A stretch of DNA of 64,000 nucleotides from positions 496,001 through 560,000 of the forward strand of contig CM030337.1 in the NCBI GenBank assembly GCA_017654855.1, read 5' to 3'. Position 1 is the first letter of the stretch. Each line of letters begins with the position of its first letter. Shown piece after piece: positions 50,816 to 60,200 of the stretch. Source of the stretch: Podospora anserina (Eukaryota). The notes under the pieces were generated by a model, which worked only from the letters and a program-made list of their open reading frames with translations, was not told the origin of the DNA and did not search any database. The translations under genes and the position numbers were made by a program.

Positions 50816-52275
50816 TGTTCACCAAATCGAGATAGTATCCAGATTCTGTGGGTTGTCAGTTTTCTGTTGTTTGGAGCTCAGCTGATTTTGGCGCTTGTTT
50901 TTCTGTTGCACTTTGCGAATGCGCCCGCAGCTGGTGAAAATCCAGCCGGTCTTGCGCCTTTGCGTCACACACCAAACGGCGTGATTGGGCTTGAAATAGA
51001 ACCCACTGACCTGGTTGGAGCCTTCAAACACTCGGTATATATTACCCTCAGAGTATCAGAGGAAGAGATGGTTGGTATAGCACACCTGGCGGCCTCTTGG
51101 GGTTGGGAGACTGAGCTGAACTTGGTAGGAAAATTGCCAAGCAGCAAGTAAAGAGCTCCGCCATGGATTCTTTACGTCAGATTCGAGGATTCAGAGCGAG
51201 AGCGAACGAACAAACCAAACGGCGTTGGTCACACCCTCACCTTGTCGCCAACCGCCGCACAGAAAGAGCCGTCAGATAGGCTAACGCCATTGCGGACCGT
51301 TGGCTCTTTATTTGGTACACTACTCAGATTAAAACCATTTTGCCATACTCATCATACCCAGGAATCCCATATTTCCATCTGTCTTGCAAAACAATCACGG
51401 TCAGAAAACACCCTTCAGCTGCTTTTTCCTACCACACAAGGAGGGGCAACCAAGCATATGCCCCGCCATCTTGGCCGAGTTCGAGTTCGTGCCAAGAGAT
51501 TGAAACGTGCCGTCATACCCGGATAACTGAACGAACTGGTTGGAAGACTTGGGTAGCTGCATATTTTGCAAACGGGGCACAGCCTTATACAGTTACACGC
51601 AACGGTCCCCTTGCAGCGGTCTGTTTCGCACCGTGTGTGGTTCCCCCATCCAGCCTTCCATCAGTTCTCGACAGTGACTCGACAGTCGACTGATCCCGGG
51701 ACCAGAATTTGGGTCATTTTAATGCTTCAACATGTGCTCTCAGCGGACTTGAAAGGACCCGAAGACTCCGGATCAGCCGTTTTCCCCCAGCCTCCAGGGC
51801 TGCTTGGCGGCATTACAGTACCGGTTGTAACGCCACTGTCATCCGATGGCCGATGGGATTTAGCAGCAGCGCGTGTGCATTCGACTGCCATTCGCGTCTT
51901 TTGATTAGTGTGACCCCTGAACTGAAAAAAAAAGGTCATCCACCAATCCGCGACGAACGACAGCGCTGGGCCCCTTGCATTATCTGTTCCTTTGCATGAC
52001 CTTTTTGTCCCCTGTGATCTTTCCTCTGTCTAATTCCCAAACCTCGACATCTTTGTTTGCTTCACTTCATCGTTTTTGGCTTTGCCCATTCTTGCCCAAG
52101 GCCGGTGTCGCTCGATACTCTAGCCTCGCCGTTGTCACCAAGCGAAGACCCCATAGAGTCGTGTTCTAGCAGCCCCGAGAAGCCCGAACCTCGTCGTTAC
52201 CCCGGTCTCTTTTTTCAGTTACTAGAGAATAACAACAACGACCACACAAAAAAACACCACAACCTCACCGTCAAC

Positions 52276-53451
52276 ATGCCCGGTCGAACACTACCGACCT
52301 TTACCCTCGCCGAGGTCGAGTCGCACAATACCAAAAAGTCGTGCTACGTGACGGTCGGGAAGAATGTCTACGATGTGACTGACTTTGTCGACGCCCACCC
52401 TGGAGGCGGTGACCTGGTCCTCGACTACGCTGGCAAGGACATCACCGATATCCTCAAAGACGAGGCGTCACATGCGCACTCCGAGGCGGCATACGAGGTT
52501 CTCGACGACTCTCTGGTTGGGTTTCTGGAAGATGCCTCCAACGGCGCGAGCGCAAACGGCAAGGCAAAGGCGAATGGACAGGCCAACGGCACCTATGTGC
52601 ATCCCCGAACGGGTATGTCCTGTGAGGAGGATCTCAGCAAGGATACCGACATTACCAGTGACTACAAGACACACAAGTTCTTGGACCTGAGCAGACCACT
52701 CTTTCCCCAAGTGTGGTTCGGTGGCTTCAGCAAGGAGTTTTACCTCGACCAGGTCCATAGACCACGCCACTACAAGGGCGGTGCTTCTGCGCCACTCTTT
52801 GGCAACTTCCTTGAGCCTCTGAGCAAGACGCCTTGGTGGTTGATTCCTGTGTTCTGGCTTCCGCCTGTTACTTATGGCCTCTACCTTGCCAGCAGCGGGC
52901 TGACTGCTGTGGGAGAGGTGGCCTGTTTCATTGGAGGCCTGGGTTTCTGGTCCATCGCCGAGTACACTCTGCACAGATTCTTGTTTCATCTTGATGAGTA
53001 AGTTTTCTTCCACACTGCCTTTGAAAACATTCAACTGACATGATTGTCCAGATGGCTGCCCGACAATCGTGTCGGCATCACCCTGCATTTTACCCTCCAT
53101 GGCATCCACCACTACCTGCCCATGGACAAGTACCGGCTGGTCATGCCCCCGGCACTTTTCGCCGTGCTTGCTACTCCCTTCTGGAAGTTGGCACACACCA
53201 TCTTCTACTGGGATTGGAACGTGGCTACTGCGGTCTATTGCGGTGGCATCTTCGGGTACATCTGCTACGACTTGACGCACTACTTCCTGCACCATCAGAA
53301 CCTTCCTCTCTGGTACAAGCAGCTGAAGAAGTTGCACTTGGAGCACCACTTCCTTGACTACGAGAACGGCTTCGGCGTCACCAGCCCCTTCTGGGACAAG
53401 GTCTTTGGCACCGAGCTCAGGGGCGCCAAGCCCGGCAAGAAGAGCAACTGA
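52276..53451 (+). CDS. SCS7: Sphingolipid fatty acid alpha-hydroxylase (cytochrome b5 fusion, Scs7/FA2H); exons 52276..52997 and 53052..53451
   Basis: b5 heme motif HPGG, YLDQVHRPRHY, and His boxes HRFLFH, HGIHH, HYFLHH and HLEHH, plus GFGVTS.FWD.VFGT. Intron 52998..53051. Confidence 0.96.
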
Positions 53452-54181
53452 GACCCTTTGCAAGGGCTTTTTTACATGGCTGAATGACAGATGAGGAAGA
53501 TGAGGCATGACAGACACGCACAAAGGAAATGGGCATACCCAGTTGGATTGTGCTGTACATACATTTGTAAACAACCATATATTTTGTAATAGCAAGGCCT
53601 GGCATAACATACAGTTCTATAACAACTCTGCCAGGCCGTGATGCATTAATGGCGGAAGGAGTCACCGGGAAGGGAGGCTTTGGGTATAATTCATGTCTGG
53701 GTGGTTCATCGGGGGACGGGGGGTTCACGACTAGGGATTGGAGGTCGGCGGTGGGATTAGGCTTCGCTGCTCATGGTAGACAGAAGTCACTTAATTGGTG
53801 TCACATTCATTGTAGAATACCCTAATAACTGCCGCTTGTACAACATGCGCTCTGCTCCAACCAAGTGAATTTTCAGGCTCTTATCGCTCCTTATCGGATG
53901 GCATAGACTCGCTCCACAAACACCGTGTGGATACAGTGAATTGCACGTGACGGGTTGTTCAATTCTGGCCCCTCAAATCACTTCTGGTCAGCCAACTCGG
54001 TCACAATTTGCCAGTCCCAACCAACCGACCTCCATCACAAGCAACCAATTCACTTGGTTGAGTGTCCCATTTGCAAGCCTTTTGTACCCAGATCCGAGAG
54101 ACCTCCTGTGTGGTTTGACATCCAGAACGGAGAAAAATATTTTACAGCTTGATTGCCTGACCATTTCCCTCCTCAGCCAAC

Positions 54182-56061
54182 ATGTCGGGCCTTGACGTAG
54201 AGGCACTGCTCGACTCGACTGCCTCCACCATCAAGGAGCAGCAGAACACCAAATCCACGGCCAATGGCGACTCCCCGCAGGATGGCAGCCGCAGCGAACG
54301 CCGAGAAAACGATCGGGACCGCGATGGCGGCAGAGATAGGGAACCCCGCGATAGGAAGCGCAGAGATCGCGACCGTAGTGCCGGCCGCCATCGCGCTTCG
54401 TCCAGCGGCAGAGACACTCCCAGAAGCGACGCTGGCAGCCATAAGAGTAGGCGCCGTAGCCGAAGCCGTGATTCGAACCGCCGAGACTCACGTCGTCACA
54501 GAGATGGCGACTACTATCGCGGAAGCCGCCGTGGTGGCCGCTCCCGTTCCCGCTCCCCCAACCGCTACTACCGACCTCATGGAGACGACCGCCGCGACCG
54601 CGATCGCCCCAGAGACGATGACCGCCGTCGCCATCGTGATGATGACAGGCGCGGTGGCCGGACCAGCACTCCCCGCGACTCGCCCCCTCCCCTCACCGAG
54701 GACGAGCGCGATCGTCGCACCGTTTTCGTTCAACAGCTCGCTGCCCGTCTCCGCACCAAGGAGTTGAAGGAGTTTTTCGAGAAGGTTGGCCCCGTTGCTG
54801 AAGCACAGATCGTGAAGGACCGTGTGAGCAACCGCTCGAAGGGGTAAGTTTTGCTCACCCTGACATATCCCCCATGGTTGACCAAATTGCTAATACGCTG
54901 GTTGTCATCAGAGTTGGTTATGTCGAGTTCAAGAACGAAGATTCCGTTCAGGCCGCGTTGCAGCTTACAGGTCAAAAGCTCCTAGGTATTCCCGTCATCG
55001 TGCAGCTCACCGAAGCTGAGAAGAACCGACAAGTCCGCAACCCGGATGCCACCGGCAACCACCCCAACTCCATCCCTTTCCATCGTCTCTATGTTGGCAA
55101 TATCCACTTCAGCATCACCGAGCAGGATTTGCAGAATGTATTCGAGCCCTTTGGCGAACTCGAATTCGTCCAGTTGCAGAAAGACGACACTGGAAGGAGT
55201 CGAGGCTATGGATTTGTTCAGTACGTACCTGTCTTATATGATGGTGTCTGAAGCCTGTACAGGTAGCTAACCTCGGGCAGATTCCGCGATGCTACTCAGG
55301 CCCGCGAGGCGCTCGAGAAGATGAACGGGTTTGACCTTGCTGGTCGTCCGATTCGCGTGGGACTTGGAAACGATAAGTTTACCCCCGAATCAACCGCCAA
55401 CCTGCTGCAGAGATTCCAGGGCCAGAACCAACAGTTCCAGGGATCCTCGTTTTCTGGTGCCGGTGGCCGAGGCCCCCCGACATCGAATTTTGACCGTGCT
55501 GGTGCTAGGGACAACGAGAAGGGCACGGGCGCAAGTGCCTTGGACGACACCGACGTTGCCGGAGTCAACTTTAACAACTACAGCCGCGATGCCCTCATGA
55601 GGAAGCTGGCCCGAACTGACGAGCCTATCAGCGCCCCCAGTGATCGACAGGTCGCCAAGCCCAAGACTGAGATCAAGCCCAATCTCCCCATCAACGTCAA
55701 CATGGCCAGCCGCTGTGTGGTTCTCCGCAACATGTTTGATCCTGCCGAGTATGTTATTCTTTCATTTCCAGCTGTCAGAGACTACCTACTAACACCCAGC
55801 AGGCAAGAAGGCGAGGACTGGGCCAAGGAGCTGGAGGAAGAGGTTCGTCAGGAGGCTGAGGAGAAGTATGGGCACGTTGTCCACATTTCCCTCGATCCCA
55901 ACTCTCCCGGCGACATCTACTTGAAATTTGACAAGGTCCAGGGCGGGGAGAATGCGATCAAGGGTCTGAACGGCCGGTACTTTGACGGAAGAATGATCAC
56001 GGCTGCGCCTGTTGTAGACGCGGTCTACAGCAGTTTGTTCTCTCGCGTCAAGGCCATCTAA
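54182..56061 (+). CDS. pad-1: RNA splicing factor PAD-1 (RBM39/CAPER/Rsd1: RS/RD region, two RRMs and a UHM); exons 54182..54843, 54912..55220, 55281..55748 and 55803..56061
   Basis: RS/RD-rich N-terminus, [45 protein letters not shown], and UHM (LRNMFDP...NGRYFDGR). Introns 54844..54911, 55221..55280 and 55749..55802. Confidence 0.95.
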
Positions 56062-56106
56062 GTCACTAATACGGCATATTTGTTGCCTGCTTAGGAACCC
56101 TCCTCG

Positions 56107-56161
56107 GTATGTTTACCTACTTCTTGTCCTTTTGTAGCTTTCCCTAACGAGTCAAGAATAG
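56107..56161 (+). other. Putative 3'-UTR intron of pad-1
   Basis: G|GTATGT donor, pyrimidine tract, CTAAC at 56144-56148 and TAG at 56159-56161. At 55 nt it matches the size of the coding introns in this window. Confidence 0.6.
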
Positions 56162-57238
56162 ACCACACGTACTGCCCGGGCTTACTGCACTGATTGCATG
56201 TCCCATCATCTCACCTTTTCTCCAGACAATATCACCTTTTCGACAACCCCAGTTTAATACCGCCGCCATTGCCTTTTGTTCGGGTAGAGAGAGCTTGTCG
56301 ATAACCACACTGATATTTCGTCACAGAACGGACCCTTCTTTCGACTACACCACCTACTACATCTGTTTCTGTAACCCCCCCTCGGTTCCCTGTCTGACAA
56401 GGAGCTCGGGTCTTGTTTTCATCATAAAAAAGTCTTGTGTATGGCGCAACGGCGTTGCTGATATTGTACAGTACCTAGGCAGATACAGAACTCAGCGAAG
56501 CAGAATATGCACTTGAGTATATTGTTTGTCTCTTGAGTTATTCTAATTCAGGTAGTAAAATTCGGAATACATGATGATTCCATATCTCCCAAAGTCCAGA
56601 CAATTCCATCAAAAATGTTATGCAGACCACGTTAAACCCGTTCTGGAAAAGCGCGCTCGATCTCCCAAAAGCTTGATCCTTGCCCCGCGGACTCCCCGCC
56701 CCGCATGTCACATGGCTGCTACAGCAACGCGCAAAAGCCGTAAGGGCAGCCAATCAGAAGCTGCAGCAGTGTTTACCTAAAAACGCGATCATTTGGGTTT
56801 GAGAGATGTCGGATGCAGGAAGGGGAATTGCCAGGATGAGATCACTTTGGCCTGTCACGTCTTGCATGTTCCCAAGGCACAACGTCGCGCATTCATACTC
56901 CATACTACACAGGCATTCCCAAAAATACCTTTACAGCAAAGAATCACAATTCGAGAATCACCATCTTTTTCCGCGACATTGTCACCGCCGCATGATTAAT
57001 CGCAAACGGCGCAATATTACCAACACTTTTCAAGACGGCCGAATGCTATTTCAGAATACCCCGCCGTTTACACGCTGAGCTCTTGGAGATTCCCACACGA
57101 CTTTTTCTCTCCCATCTGATCTCCAGGGACCCCACGCCTTCATGATCATTCTAGGACAAAAACCATACGCACAAACAAAAACAACCTTCATCCCAACCCA
57201 CGCCCATCCCAATCCCCATTTCCCCATCCCCGTCAGCC

Positions 57239-60200
57239 ATGGGGCACGCCTGGTTGGACTCCCTCTCGGAGGATTGGGTGTCGCAACCGGGATCGGACGC
57301 GTCCGTGGCCGACCCCCATTCCTCCGCACCTTCCCCCGACGCGCAACGGAAAGCCAAAGAGTCGACGACGACGACGCCGAGCCGAATCCCCCGACTGAGC
57401 AGGAAGAACCTCGACAACGCCGCGAACAGCAACAACATCCTCGGCGAGCGAAGTGTTAACCACAGTCCCCGCCGCACCTCGTCGAAGCTGTCGCAAGAGC
57501 TCAAGTCTAGTAACGGGCGGAGCACGGCCGACAGCCGCTCCTCCTTCTCCTCTGGTCGTTCGAATTCCCTCTCGACGGTCGGGTCGGTGGTTCAGCACAA
57601 GTCGGTAGCGTCGGTCAACAACAGGCGGGGGTCGACTCCGGAGTGGAAGAGACGGTTGGTGTATGGGGATTTGTCGTATGGGGAGCGGGCGGATTTGTTT
57701 ACTTCTGCGGGGAAGGGGCTGGAGAATATTTTCAAGCCGCCTACGACGGGGAATGCCAGCAGGGAGGAGTCGTTTGAGCCGAGGTCTTCGCGGTTTACGC
57801 TGCCGTCTAGTCCGCCGGTGTATCAGCGGGATTTGTTGTCGTCGACTGTTGAGACACAGGCGGAGGAGTCTGTTCAGGAGTTGCCGGAACACCCTGGAGC
57901 AGTGGGGAGGAGATCACAAATACCTACTACTGCGAGGCAGAGGCGAATGGAGGACTCGTTCGATCAGAGTAGGGATTCGGAGAATAGCATGTTACCTGAT
58001 AGCTGCACGCAGCAGGCCACGACGACTGCGCAGACGGATGTTTCGAACCAGAACTCGTTGGTGGTGGACTCGAGGAAGGTCAGCGGCAGGAGCGACGTGA
58101 GGAATGAGGATTTTAGCCCGATCCTGATAGAACGGCGCCAGGCTAGCAATGGGAAGACGGTGTTTGGGCCTGCGGAATTACCGCCTGAGGAGCTGCGAAA
58201 GCGGTTGGAGAAGTTGAGACAGAACCAACGCTTTCTCACGGGGGGTACGGATGAGGAGGACGAGGCGGATGGCCAGTCAGACGGGAATGGGAAGTCAAAG
58301 AATGGTACTACTAGCACGAGGGAGTTTGAGAGACAGGGCGGGTACATCAACTTCCAGCGCGGTGGCCGGTCGGCGGAGGGGTCTTTTTGGCATCACCGGC
58401 TGAGTTCGGGGCATGATGCTTCGGAATTCTGCCCGGAGGAGTCGCTCCAGGCCAGCACGCCGAAGCAATTCCCTACCGTGAGGGTAGAGCCGTGGGATGA
58501 ATCGGCTGAAATCCCGGTTGACAGTCCTCAGTATCCTTCTGCTCCTAACCCAAGCCCGCAAAAGGCGCAGAGGTTACTTCCTGTGCCGCCACCTAGCACT
58601 GCGAGTCCGTTGAAACTGTTTCAGCCGTATGACACGTTTACCAACCAGACGCTGCTGAGGAGACTGAGCCAGTTTCAGGCGGAGCCATCGGCGAGTGACA
58701 ATTCTTTTGCGATTGCGCAGGACCAGAACAGGGTCAGCAGGTTTGGCGAGGGGGAGCTGGACGGGTACGAGTTCCAAGACGAGTTTTCGCACGTTGGGGG
58801 GGCGGATGCATCGGGACTAGAGGCGGACAAGGAGAACAGGGGTCCTGCTAGCCCTGGTCTTGACGAGGATGATCAAGACAACAATGGCTCCACCCACCAC
58901 CGCGCGTCGTCGCGTCCGCCCATTTTTGGCGACTTTACTAGCCACGATGATGAGAGCTCGCCTTGGGAGATTGAGGATGATTTGTTGAGGATTTCGAGGA
59001 GAAGAAGGCAAAAGTCGGCGACGACGACGGTGAATTCGGCTTATTCTACTACTACTACTACTACTGCTGCTACTGCTACTACGCGACGGAGTGTTTTTTC
59101 GGGCGCGGGGGAGTTGTACAGTGGCGGGAGTAGGAGATACAAGAGGAGTAAGAGGACGTCGTTTCCTTTTGGTGGTGGTGATAGCAGGATCTCCACTCCC
59201 AGGCGGAGAAGAGACGTTAGTACTACAGGGACAGGGGGGGGACTGTTGTCGGAAATTAAACGTCCTAGGACGTCGCCATCGAAGGATCCGACGCCCAAGA
59301 GGAGGAGGACGCTGCACAAGTCTGATGTTTCTTATGGGACGTATGATGACGACGATTCTTCTGCTGCAGATTCTACCGCGGGAGTTGACGCGGTGCAAAT
59401 GAGTCATCAACAGATGCAGGAGGCGATACTGAGGCATCAGCAGAGGAGGGAGGCGCGGGCGGCTAGTCAGGAGCAGAAACAGCAGCAGTTATCGGAGGAG
59501 GAGGAGGAGGAGGAGGAGGAGGAGGAGGAGGAGCAACAGGAGGAAGGAGAAAGGATGGCGGAGGAGGTGGAGATGATCAGCAAGGCGGGGGAGGAGTTGG
59601 GACGGCCTAGGACACCGACGCCGAACCAACGGTCTTCGACACAGCAGCGCGCGCCGCTGCTCGAGATTGACCCTGCGGCGACGAGATCACCAATGAGGTC
59701 GAGCAGGAACACGCGTCCGGGTACTGCGGGGGGGCCTCCACCTACTTCAGGGGCGCAGCCGCCGACAAACAGGAAGCCATCGATTAGGACGGAGGATTTT
59801 ATCAATGAGGCGAACAAGATTATGGCCATGATTCGGAGCAAGGCCGGGTTGGCGAGCGGGCTGGCGAGCTTGGAGGAGTCGGAGGGGGAGAATGCGCAGG
59901 CGGTTATGGACGGGGAGAGTTCTTATGCTTCGAGCAAGGAGCCTTTTTCGCGACCGCCGAGCCGGGAGGGGAGGCCGCCGTTGTCGAGGAGGCCGACGAA
60001 GCAGGAGGATCCGGAACTGGCGGAGAGGTTGAAGAAGTATGAGGAGGGGAGCGAGATGGGGGATGTTATTGCTAGCTCGGTGAGGTCGAGGGATTTGAGC
60101 TTGGAGGCGTTACGGGCGGCGAGGGAGAGGGAGGAGATGGAGGAGAGGGCGAGTCAGATCAAGGCTTCGTATGGGAGTGCTAATGCTGGAATGACGAGGA

